Positions 44,988-53,879 of a DNA stretch of 64,000 bases are shown here, in pieces. Made by a program: the position numbers and the translations under genes. The stretch is taken from positions 4,098 to 68,097 of the forward strand of contig CAZSOV010000004.1 of assembly GCA_964608505.1 (NCBI GenBank), written 5' to 3'. The stretch is from an uncultured Verrucomicrobiota bacterium (GTDB taxonomy: Bacteria > Verrucomicrobiota > Verrucomicrobiia > Limisphaerales > CAIMTB01). Under the pieces are notes generated by a model, which saw only the letters and a program-made list of their open reading frames with translations, was not told the origin of the DNA and did not search any database. The stretch's first letter is position 1, and each line of letters starts with the position of its first letter.

Positions 44988-46796
44988 TCAACGCACGACG
45001 CCGAGGCCACCCTCCCGATCCGGCAACCGGATCCAAAGCCGCTCCGCCGAGGCGTCGTGTCGCCATTCGGTCCCCTCCCGCAACTCCCGGCCCTCCCACC
45101 GGACCTCCTGCGGGCGCCGCGGGTGGCGGATACGCAGGAGGTGCGAGGCCCGGGCGCCGGCCAGCCGAAGTTCCAGCCCGTCCGGACGTTCCTCCGCGCT
45201 CAGCGTCGTCCTCCCGCGACCGTCCGGGTGCACCAGGGTGAAGGAGCCGCGTCCATGCGGCAGGATGTTCCAAGTCACGAATCCGGCGGAGTTCGTGTCC
45301 CCGAATCCGGTGTACGCCCGGGTTACGTTCAACGGCAGCAGCGAACCGTCGCGCTGGTAGACCGGGTACTCGCCGAGGCCGAATTCGTTCGTCCACCGGA
45401 CCGGCCCCACCCGGAGGCGCGAGTCGTCCAGCAGATCCCGCCAGCGCCCGCCCGGCAGTTCGACCACGTGTCGTGCCTCGTCCCGGTAGATGGGGGCGAC
45501 GAACAGATCGTCGCCCAGCAGGTAGTGATACCGACCCGGCATCGGACGCATCAGCACCGGACCGCCCTCATGTCCCCGCACGACGTGGGTGTAGAGGTAG
45601 GGAAGAAGCTCGGTGTGCAGCCAAGAGCAGCGTCGCACGATTTCCAGTTCCTCGGGGGTGCGCTTCCACAGGCGTCGCTCCCCGTGCCCGCCGTTGAGGA
45701 AGAGGCCCGTGAACGCGGCAAACTGGGCCCAACGAATGTACAGCCGGGGCGGGATGGGCTCGGGCCCGTGGTACCCCGCGACGTCGGCACCCACCACGCC
45801 GTAGCCCCTGGCGGCGCTCGCCAGGATGTCGCGCAAGGCGCCCTCGAAACCCCGATCCAGCAGCGAACCCGCCGAGAGCATTCCGTCCCGATCCTCCCCG
45901 CGCCGCGCGCCGCGCGACGACCATTCGTGCGTGCGATCCCCGATCCAGGTGACAGGTGCGGCATCGATGGGCGCGCAACCCTCCGGATGGCTCAACGGAA
46001 AGTAGCGATGATCCACCGCCCGGGTCAGGATCACGAACTCCGGATTGCGCGACAGTCCGTGCCGGTATTCCTCCCGGTTGTAGAGGTCCATGTACCCTCG
46101 CGTCGAAAGCCAGCCGGCGTGCGTCCGCTGCCAGGGCATGAAGCCGGGACCGCTGAACAGCGTGTCGGTTCCGTCCAGCTTCCAGCCGTCGATGCCCCAG
46201 CCCAGCACTTCATCCTGCAACCCCCGCCACCACGCGAGGGCCTCCGGATGCGTGTAGTCGAGGAAGCTCCCGGTGCCCTTCCACCAGCGCACGAGCCGTC
46301 CGTTCCCCGCCAGATAACCCCGGGCCCGGGCCTCGTCGTGGAACGCCGTGGCGTCAACCACGGACGTGTCCTTGTTCCTCCGGTTCACCATGCAGGTCAT
46401 CCAGAGCACCACCCGGATGCCGTTGGTTTGGAGCTCGCCGAAGAAGCGCGCCGGGTCGGGATAGCGGCGGGTGTCGACCCGGAAATCGTTGTATCGCTCG
46501 CTCCAGGGACTGTCGATCAGCACGGTTCGCACCGGGATGTCGTGCTTCGCGTAGCCTTCGAGGAGTTCGCGTACCGCCTCCGCCGTGTTGGCATCGTCCT
46601 CCCACAGCCAGCACTCCAGGGCCCACGGCGGCGTCAACGGGGGACGTCCCTGGCGCCCGGCATGGAACGGGAAGCCCCAGAAAGGCAACCCCCACCCTAA
46701 CCAGAACACCAACGCGAGTACCCCCGCCACCGCGAGGAGGCGTCGCCAACGCCGATTTCCCGGCGCCCCACGGCGTCGCGCGATACCGCACGTCAT
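44988..46796 (-). CDS. glycoside hydrolase family 31 (alpha-glucosidase/alpha-xylosidase-like), N-terminal membrane anchor
   Basis: ATG at 46796 (TTG at 46838 is in frame). Anchor RRLLAVAGVLALVFWLGW. GIDGWKLDGTD resembles the GH31 nucleophile region. 602 aa. Confidence 0.82.
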   Translation of the reverse strand: MTCGIARRRGAPGNRRWRRLLAVAGVLALVFWLGWGLPFWGFPFHAGRQGRPPLTPPWALECWLWEDDANTAEAVRELLEGYAKHDIPVRTVLIDSPWSERYNDFRVDTRRYPDPARFFGELQTNGIRVVLWMTCMVNRRNKDTSVVDATAFHDEARARGYLAGNGRLVRWWKGTGSFLDYTHPEALAWWRGLQDEVLGWGIDGWKLDGTDTLFSGPGFMPWQRTHAGWLSTRGYMDLYNREEYRHGLSRNPEFVILTRAVDHRYFPLSHPEGCAPIDAAPVTWIGDRTHEWSSRGARRGEDRDGMLSAGSLLDRGFEGALRDILASAARGYGVVGADVAGYHGPEPIPPRLYIRWAQFAAFTGLFLNGGHGERRLWKRTPEELEIVRRCSWLHTELLPYLYTHVVRGHEGGPVLMRPMPGRYHYLLGDDLFVAPIYRDEARHVVELPGGRWRDLLDDSRLRVGPVRWTNEFGLGEYPVYQRDGSLLPLNVTRAYTGFGDTNSAGFVTWNILPHGRGSFTLVHPDGRGRTTLSAEERPDGLELRLAGARASHLLRIRHPRRPQEVRWEGRELREGTEWRHDASAERLWIRLPDREGGLGVVR

Positions 46797-46997
46797 GCCC
46801 GCGATGCAATCCGAACCCGCGACGAAAGCCAGTTTCAATCCCCGAACCGCCCGGGATCGGGTTCGCGCCGGTCCTCGGCGTCGTGCCGCAACGCGACGCG
46901 ACGGGCAACGCGGTTGGATGCGCGTTCGCTCGACTCCGGGGAGGATTCCACCGCCAGCGAGGGGGCGGCAAAAGCAAGGGCATGCAAATCCACCGCA

Positions 46998-47540
46998 ATG
47001 CGGAGACTATCTCACCATGATTCGGCGCAATATTACATTCGGGATGCCGTCCGTCGGGCCTTGTCCGACACCCCCGTCGTGATGCTCAACGGCGCCCGAC
47101 AAACGGGCAGAACCACCCTGGCCCTTGACTGCAGCGTGACGTGCGCGATCTCGCAAGGGTCGATGGTCTGCATGCCTTGCCGAACCTGCTCAGACTGCTG
47201 GCCGCCCGATCATCCGGCTTAATGAACCTCGCGGACCTGAGCCCTAACGCCGGCCTGCCACACACGACCTTGACCCGCTATCTCGCATTGCTGGAAGCCG
47301 TCTTTCTGGTTCACCGCCTCCCGGCGTGGGCGCCCAACCTCGGAAAGCGCCTGGTCAAAGCCGCCAAGCTGCACGTCGTGGACACCGGACTGGGATGTCA
47401 TCTGCTGGGGCGAACGCCGAGAGGCTCGAGGCGGACCGTTCCCTGCTGGGGCGAATGCTGGAGACGTTCGTGGCGCCGTGGCGTGAGTTCCTCCAGCTTC
47501 CACGGACCGCACGGGCGGTTCGCACGCCACGCCGCGATGA
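46998..47540 (+). pseudogene. decayed AAA-ATPase/DUF4143-family gene (internal deletion plus at least two frameshifts)
   Basis: P-loop fragment NGARQTGRTTLA is in frame 0. The DUF4143-like part LPNLLRLLAARSSGLMNLADLS...TLTRYLALLEAVFLVHRLPAW...KLHVVDTGL is in another frame. The continuation LLGRMLETFVA is in a third frame. The roughly 150 aa normally found between the P-loop and DUF4143 are missing. Confidence 0.7.
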
Positions 47541-47597
47541 CGCGACGGGAACGCCGGCAAGGGCCCGGCTTCGGGCATCCGCCGCTCTCCGGAGGCC

Positions 47598-48746
47598 TCA
47601 GGGCGCGGTCGTGCGGGCCGGGCGTCGCAGGATCGCGGTCGTGCGCGCAAAGACTTCGGACGGGACGCCGAGCGCCTGCTTGAGCGCCACGTCGCGGTCC
47701 CAGGGGTTGTCCAGCGCCGAGATCTCCGCCCGGCGCGCCTCGGTGAGGTTCAGCGGATAGTACCAGGGCGAGACGAGCGCGGTGTTGATCAGGGGGAAGT
47801 CGGATCCGTACACGAGTCGGGAACGGCACACGGGATCGCCGAGCGCGTCCCGGAGGGACCGCAGCTTGTTGACCTGGGTGAGGGAGGATAGGTCGGCGTA
47901 GAGGTTCGGAAACTCCCGCATCAACCGCCGGAGCCGGTCGAAGTCGCGTTCGCCCTCGTGTTCGCCGTCGAACCCGGCGTGCGCGGCGATGACGGTGACT
48001 CCTTCGAGCAGGGCCGTCCGCAGGCGCGCCGGATCGGCCAGTTCATCCCGCGAACGGGTGAAGGACTTCTCCGGCCCCGTATGCGAGAGCAGGGGCAGGC
48101 CGTGGTGGACGAGGCGACGATAGAACGGAACCAGGCGCGGGTCGGCGGGATCGATGTCCATGATGGACGGAATCCATTTCACGAGCACGGCGCCCCGGGC
48201 GGCGCAGGCATCGAGCTGCGCGAGGGCGTCGTGACGCAGCGGGTTCACGGACGCGCCGAACCATAGATTGGAGTGCCGCGCCGCCGCGGCCGCCACGAAG
48301 TCGTTGGGGACGTGGACTTCGGTGCGGTTGGTGTCGAGCCGACCTTCGGCATCCACGACGCCGTCGAGCGCGAGGACGACCGCGGCAGAGACGTGGCGGC
48401 TCGCGGCGATCTTCCCGGAGAGCCGGCGCATCAGGAGGTCGTCGCCCTCGCGTTCGAGTTCGGACGCGTCGACGCCGAAGGCCTTCAGGTAGATGGCGAA
48501 CCGGAAGTTGTGTCGCAGGGCGGGAGACACGAAGCAGCCGGATCCCCCGGCGCCGATGCCGGCGGCGTGACAGTGCACGTCGATGATGGCCGTGCCTGGA
48601 ATGGGAACCGGCGTGCGGAAGGGGCCCTCGAACAGGACCTGGCGTCCGAGGAGAAGCACGGCGGCGGCGAGAACGAGCAACGTGGCGACGGCGCGGAGGA
48701 AGCGGCGTCCACGGGAGTGTGGCGGTGGGGATGGGTCGGTGGACAT
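47598..48746 (-). CDS. amidohydrolase-family metal-dependent hydrolase, N-terminal membrane anchor
   Basis: ATG at 48746. TM anchor FLRAVATLLVLAAAVLLLG. IIDVHCHAAG is an HxH metal motif. Confidence 0.78.
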   Translation of the reverse strand: MSTDPSPPPHSRGRRFLRAVATLLVLAAAVLLLGRQVLFEGPFRTPVPIPGTAIIDVHCHAAGIGAGGSGCFVSPALRHNFRFAIYLKAFGVDASELEREGDDLLMRRLSGKIAASRHVSAAVVLALDGVVDAEGRLDTNRTEVHVPNDFVAAAAARHSNLWFGASVNPLRHDALAQLDACAARGAVLVKWIPSIMDIDPADPRLVPFYRRLVHHGLPLLSHTGPEKSFTRSRDELADPARLRTALLEGVTVIAAHAGFDGEHEGERDFDRLRRLMREFPNLYADLSSLTQVNKLRSLRDALGDPVCRSRLVYGSDFPLINTALVSPWYYPLNLTEARRAEISALDNPWDRDVALKQALGVPSEVFARTTAILRRPARTTAP

Positions 48747-48953
48747 GGAGGGGAAAGTGACCGCGGGGAAAGGCTCGCGCGTGATTATCGTGAACCGCGA
48801 ACATCGTCTCCGCGGCATGGGAGCACGCGGCCCAGGGCGTGCAGGCCCGATGCGCTCACCGGGCGGTGCGGTGGCAGGGGGCGGTTCATGGAGGAAAGCA
48901 AATGGAGGTGCTCGGTGGTCGTGGTCCCCGCGATCCGGGTGCGACCCGTGAGA

Positions 48954-51113
48954 TCAGGAGGCCGGGGGCGAGGCGTCCTGGGCCTGGGCGAGGAGGGTCG
49001 CCAGTTCGCGGTGGTTGACCTTGCCGGTGCCGAGCTTGGGGATCTCCTTCACGAAGCGAAGTTCGCGCGGGACGCAGAGGTTGCTGAAACCCCTGGCCTT
49101 GAGGACGGCGCGCAGGTCTTCGAGCCGTAGCCGGGCCTCGTTGGAGGCCGCGACGAGGCGCTCGCCCTTGTCGACGTCGGGGACGGCCACGACGGCGATC
49201 TGGCAACGCTGGCCGTAATCGGGGAACGCGCCCGCGAGCGCGTCCTCGACGGCGGTCAGGCTGACCATCTCGCCGCTGATCTTGGCGAAGCGCTTGAGGC
49301 GTCCGAGGACGAAGGCGTAACCGTCGGTGTCGACCTTGACTATGTCGCCGGTGTCGTACCAGCCGTCCAGGGCCTGGAACTTGGCGTTGGCCTCGAGATT
49401 GAGGTAGCCCCGCATGATGTTGGGGCCGCGGACGAGGAGGCGTCCGCCCTCGGGCACGCCGTCCATGGGTTCGAGCTTCCATTGGATGCCGGGCATGAAG
49501 CGTCCGACGGACCCGACGCGGGGTTCGAGGAGGGAGTTGAGGCAGACCACGGGGCTGCACTCGGTGGCCCCGTAGCCTTCGAGAATCCGGAGGCCGAATT
49601 TGCGGGCGTAGGTCTGGAAGGTGGCGTCCTGGAGTTTCTCGGCGCCGGCCACGAGCAGTCGGACGGTGCGGAAGTCATACGGATGCGCCTTGCGCGCGTA
49701 CCCGTTCAGGAAGGTGGGGGTCCCGAACATCAGGGTGCAGTTGAGATCGTAGACCAGCGTCGGAACGATCCGGTAGTGCAGCGGCGAGGGATACAGAAAG
49801 CAGAAAACCCCGCGGACGAGAGGGGCGACGATGCCGGCCATCACGCCGAAGCTGTGGAAGAGCGGGAGGGCGCTGAAGAATCGGTCGGTGTCGACGATGT
49901 CGAGCGCGGTCAGGAGTTGGCGCAGGTTCGCGAGCAGGTTGCGGTGGGAGAGTTCGACCCCCTTTGGCACGCCCTCGGATCCGCTGGTGAAGAGGACGAC
50001 CGCCGTGTCGGTGTCGGGTCGGGACGGCTCGAGCGCGGCGTGCCGGGTGAGGAACGATGCGAGCAGCGCCAGGAGCCGGCGACTGGACGGAATGCGAGTG
50101 CGGACGTCGTCGAGGTAGATAAGTTCGATCCCGGCGTCGAGGAGGGGCTGGGGATCGAGCTTCGCCTTCTGCAGGAAGGCACGCGAGGTGATGATCTGGC
50201 GGATGCCCGCGAGCTGACAGCACTGGAGCATGACCGCGGTGCCGGTCGAGAAGTTCAGCAACGCGGGGACGCGTCCGGCGGCCCATAGGCTGATCAGGGT
50301 GACGGGGGTGGCGTTGACGTTGGGAAGCAGGACCCCGACCCGGGGGACATCGCCATGGAGCAGGGTGCGCCATTCCCGGGCCAGCAGCTCCGCCCCGACC
50401 AGCAGGCGCCGATACGTCAGGGTCTGGCCCGTGGTGTCGCGCAGCACGGGGAAGGAGGACATGCGCCGCCCCGTCTCGAGGATGGCCCCCAGCAGGTGCC
50501 CGGGACCATGCGCCATTTCGACTTCGAATTGCTGGCGGACCATCTGGTCGCGGACCCAGGTCGTGAGCAGCGTGCGTGCCTCGGTCGTGCTGACATGCAC
50601 CGGATGAGGGGCGGTGAGCGCCTCGCTGAAATGGACGGAAACCGGGGTGAACAGCCGCCGCCAACCTGGATTCGGTGAGAAGGGCAGGCGTTGGGCACCC
50701 CGAATATACGCCGTGATCACCTTGGCGCGGGTCTTGAAAACCAGGAATCCCGTGCCGTCGAAGAGCTTCATCAGGCTGCCCGTCCGGGAAATCCGGCCCT
50801 CGGGGAACAGCACGAGCCGGCCGCCCTTCTCGAGGAATTCCGCCATCCGCTTTACCGCGTACGGGGATGAGGTCTCGATGGGAAACGTGCGGGAATTGAT
50901 CATCATCCGGCGGTGCAGCCAGCTCGTCTGGGCCGTCTCGCGCGACGTGACGAACTTCCAGTCGTCATCGAGGAAGACTCCCAGGAACAGCCAGTCGAGC
51001 CACGAAGCGTGGTTCGGCAGCAGGAGCACGGGTCCCGGCGTGACCAGGGCCTCCGTGTGGTAGGCGCGGAACCGAAAGAAGAGACGGGCGACAAGGTGCA
51101 GTAGGTACTTCAT
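48954..51113 (-). CDS. aas: bifunctional lysophospholipid acyltransferase / acyl-[ACP] synthetase (Aas-like)
   Basis: ATG at 51113, 719 aa. PlsC-type motifs NHASWLDW (HX4D) and FPEGRISRTG. AMP-binding motif LFTSGSEGVPKGVELSH. Confidence 0.88.
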   Translation of the reverse strand: MKYLLHLVARLFFRFRAYHTEALVTPGPVLLLPNHASWLDWLFLGVFLDDDWKFVTSRETAQTSWLHRRMMINSRTFPIETSSPYAVKRMAEFLEKGGRLVLFPEGRISRTGSLMKLFDGTGFLVFKTRAKVITAYIRGAQRLPFSPNPGWRRLFTPVSVHFSEALTAPHPVHVSTTEARTLLTTWVRDQMVRQQFEVEMAHGPGHLLGAILETGRRMSSFPVLRDTTGQTLTYRRLLVGAELLAREWRTLLHGDVPRVGVLLPNVNATPVTLISLWAAGRVPALLNFSTGTAVMLQCCQLAGIRQIITSRAFLQKAKLDPQPLLDAGIELIYLDDVRTRIPSSRRLLALLASFLTRHAALEPSRPDTDTAVVLFTSGSEGVPKGVELSHRNLLANLRQLLTALDIVDTDRFFSALPLFHSFGVMAGIVAPLVRGVFCFLYPSPLHYRIVPTLVYDLNCTLMFGTPTFLNGYARKAHPYDFRTVRLLVAGAEKLQDATFQTYARKFGLRILEGYGATECSPVVCLNSLLEPRVGSVGRFMPGIQWKLEPMDGVPEGGRLLVRGPNIMRGYLNLEANAKFQALDGWYDTGDIVKVDTDGYAFVLGRLKRFAKISGEMVSLTAVEDALAGAFPDYGQRCQIAVVAVPDVDKGERLVAASNEARLRLEDLRAVLKARGFSNLCVPRELRFVKEIPKLGTGKVNHRELATLLAQAQDASPPAS

Positions 51114-51153
51114 GGCAGGGGCGAAGCAGAGGATGGAGACGATGGGGGCGGAA

Positions 51154-52632
51154 TTATTCGGTGCGAGACGACGGAGCCGGCGGGACCGTCGGACCGGGTG
51201 CGGAGGCGGACCGCCGGCTCCCGATTCGTTCGCGGGCCTCGAGGAACGCCAGGGAACCGGACAACGCCAGGGCCAAACCCGCGCATCCCGGCGCGAGCCA
51301 TCGATCCCAGGGCAGGCTTCCCGGTGGACCCAGTTCGACGACGCCTCCGAAGGTGAGCACGCCGTCGGACATCGGCGCCGAGGTTCGCACCTGGCCTTGT
51401 GCATCGACCAACTGGGAGATGCCCGAGCTCGCGCACCGGAGGATGGGGATTCGATACTCCGCGGCCCGAACGGGAGCCACCCGCGCATGAAGTGCGTGCT
51501 GACGGCTCCCCCAGTCCCAGGCATCCATGGTCGGGATGATCAACGCCACCGCACCTTGCCGGACAAGACGATCCATCACCCGCGTGTAGCTGAGATCGTA
51601 GCAGATCGCGATGCCGATCGGGCCCCACGGGGATTGCCAGAGGTCCTGGCGCACCGCGGGTTCCCCATCCTGGAAGAACTGAATCGGGACGCTCTTGGCC
51701 TGCCCGAATACCACGTCCCCTCGGGGATCCACCACGAACGCGACGTTCCGGAAGCGCTGAGCATCGATCCTCTCCCGGCCTCCCACGACGAGGTGCTTTT
51801 CGTGGCGCCGGCACCACGACCGCAATTCGGGGCCGGGCGCGCCTTCCAACGCGTACTCGGGAAGCAGGAACAGCCTCGCCCCCGGGTGCGACGACCGCGC
51901 GCGGTCGAGGATCCCCGGGAGGTCCGCCTCGGAGGCGGACTCCGTCTGGGCCCCGGCGACCTCGAGTAGCTGTCCGGGCGCAACGGGTCCGACGCCTGCC
52001 CCGCCGGCGACCAGCACCAGGCCGGGAAGGGCCAACGCCATCCCGCGGTAGAGCCCGCTCCCGAACCAAGCCACGGCGGCGGCGAGAAACGCCACGAATC
52101 CGAGCCCGTAGCTGCCAATCCAAGGCAGCAACGCCGCGGCAGGTCCATCCGCGGCCACGAGTCCGGGGGTGATCCACGAGAATCGAAGGTAGTAGAGCTC
52201 GGACCGAAAGTACTCCCATCCGGTCCAAATCACGGGCACGACCACCAGCATGGCGAGCGGAGGAAACCGCCTCCAGCCGTGGGAACACACCAGCACGAAC
52301 AGACCCGTCCAAAACGACAGAATCAGCCAGAGCGCCATCGCCGGCCAACCGAAGATCGTCCCGAAGAAGGCCAATTGGGGAGCGAAGACCGCCAGCCCCA
52401 TCGTCACTCCCCCGTAAAAGGCGATCCGGGATCCCTCCCGTTTGACCAGTGGCACCCAGCAAAAGGGGACGGCCAGGGCCAGCGCACCGAGCCGCGGCAG
52501 GTGGGCGAGATGAAAGAGGACCGTTCCCACTCCCGCGAACGCAATCCAGAACCCGGGTGACAAGGGACGCCGGCCACCAGCGATGGGGGACCGGTTCTGC
52601 TTTGGCGGAAGGGTGCTCGGAGTGCCGGGCAT
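51154..52632 (-). CDS. lnt: apolipoprotein N-acyltransferase
   Basis: 492 aa. Polytopic N-terminal part plus a C-N hydrolase domain with LLPEYAL (Glu) and IAICYDLSY (Cys). Confidence 0.88.
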   Translation of the reverse strand: MPGTPSTLPPKQNRSPIAGGRRPLSPGFWIAFAGVGTVLFHLAHLPRLGALALAVPFCWVPLVKREGSRIAFYGGVTMGLAVFAPQLAFFGTIFGWPAMALWLILSFWTGLFVLVCSHGWRRFPPLAMLVVVPVIWTGWEYFRSELYYLRFSWITPGLVAADGPAAALLPWIGSYGLGFVAFLAAAVAWFGSGLYRGMALALPGLVLVAGGAGVGPVAPGQLLEVAGAQTESASEADLPGILDRARSSHPGARLFLLPEYALEGAPGPELRSWCRRHEKHLVVGGRERIDAQRFRNVAFVVDPRGDVVFGQAKSVPIQFFQDGEPAVRQDLWQSPWGPIGIAICYDLSYTRVMDRLVRQGAVALIIPTMDAWDWGSRQHALHARVAPVRAAEYRIPILRCASSGISQLVDAQGQVRTSAPMSDGVLTFGGVVELGPPGSLPWDRWLAPGCAGLALALSGSLAFLEARERIGSRRSASAPGPTVPPAPSSRTE

Positions 52633-52666
52633 CGCGCGAGTCGCTGGGATTTCGCCGCCGTCCCCG

Positions 52667-53263
52667 TCAGAGATCGCTCGTGCGAAGCTCGCCCTCGTCC
52701 GGACCGGATGTTCGCAAGGCCGATCCCGGCGCGCGTGCCGCGGAGTCGGTATCCACGGCGCTGTCGCGGCCAGGCAAGGAAGCCGACGCGATCGCCGCGA
52801 CGGCGCCCGCGTTGGCGGCGAGGTTTTGGAGTTCGTCGAGAATCTCGCTCACGCGGGCCTCCGGAAGTTGGGCCCAAACGCGATCCGCGGCGGCATAATA
52901 GTGCGGGTAAATGGCGTCCAGAAGCCGAACCCCGGCGGGGGTGAGAACCACCCGATAGGCTCGGCGATCCTCGGGATGCGGATTTCGCCGAACCAAGCCC
53001 CGTTTCTCCAGCCGATCGATCAATCCGGTCGCGTTGGATCGATGCATAATCAACAGTCGACTCAAGTCGGATTGGGAAAGCCCATCCACTTGGCCGTAAA
53101 GCACATTGAGAACGTTGAACTGGCTCGGGCTCAGCTCCCAGTGCACGAAAAAATCCCGACTGGCATTCCACAAGTCCTCGGCGGTGCGCAGCAATTGGAT
53201 CAGGGCCCGGTAACGCGTATTGGGAACCGGTAATTGGGGAACGGGATCAACCGAAGCGGTCAC
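52667..53263 (-). CDS. MarR-family transcriptional regulator
   Basis: GTG start. Winged-helix region LSPSQFNVLNVLYGQVDGLSQSDLSRLLIMHRSNATGLIDRLEKRGLVRRNPHPEDRRAYRVVLTPAG. Confidence 0.88.
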   Translation of the reverse strand: MTASVDPVPQLPVPNTRYRALIQLLRTAEDLWNASRDFFVHWELSPSQFNVLNVLYGQVDGLSQSDLSRLLIMHRSNATGLIDRLEKRGLVRRNPHPEDRRAYRVVLTPAGVRLLDAIYPHYYAAADRVWAQLPEARVSEILDELQNLAANAGAVAAIASASLPGRDSAVDTDSAARAPGSALRTSGPDEGELRTSDL

Positions 53264-53328
53264 GTGGAAAACAATCTAAATAAACAGTAAACATGTCAAC
53301 TAGTTAGTTGGGTGGCCTCGTTTCGGGG

Positions 53329-53487
53329 TCATGGGCTTTCACCAAGTCCAGTGCGGAACCGCTCTGGGGCGCCGGCGACGGCCGAGTCGCCGACTTCGCC
53401 TCGCCTTGGCTTGGCTCGGCTTGGCTTCATCGCCAAGCATCGAAATGGAGCGGCAATCCCCGCGATCAGTTTATAAACAGACGGGTG
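53329..53487. mobile_element. degenerate relic of the MITE-like element (copy 3; boundaries approximate)
   Basis: TCATGGGCTTTCACCAAGTCC...GGAACCGC...GCCGGCGACGGCCGAGTCGCCGAC aligns with copy 2 (TCAGGGCGATTGACAAAGTCT...GGAACCGC...GCCGGCGACTGCCGAGTCGCCGG). The right end has decayed and no clear target-site duplication is visible. Confidence 0.5.
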
Positions 53488-53879
53488 TTTTGAATTCATC
53501 CGACGTCCTGTCATGGTGCTCGTGGGCCATTGTACAAAAGGACTGTCTCAAACGGTCGGTGGAATGCCCCCATGGTCTGTCCTTGTCCCTGCTCGACATT
53601 CTATTACAAAGAGACTGTCCCTATCGTATCTGCCTGTGGCCATGGATGGGGCAACGTGTGTGCGGTTGGCCGGGAGGTGATCCCTTAGTGGCTGGGTCGA
53701 TCCAACACGGTCGGCATCATGGGGACTGCGGGCCGGCGGCCACGGTCGAGTGCTGGTTTCGGCGGCCTGTCCGCCCATGTTGCCCTGTCTCGACAGCTGG
53801 GGTTGATCGCCCGCTTCCCAAGACGGCGGTTGACCACTAATTGCTGTCGTTCCGCAGCCATGGGGAGGTACCGAAGGGC

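Noticed and set aside
53331-53840. 169-aa + strand ORF in the marR to GH9 spacer
   Set aside because: Cys/Trp/Arg-rich, and it runs straight through the MITE relic and the repeat-bearing leader. There is no ribosome-binding site or family resemblance.
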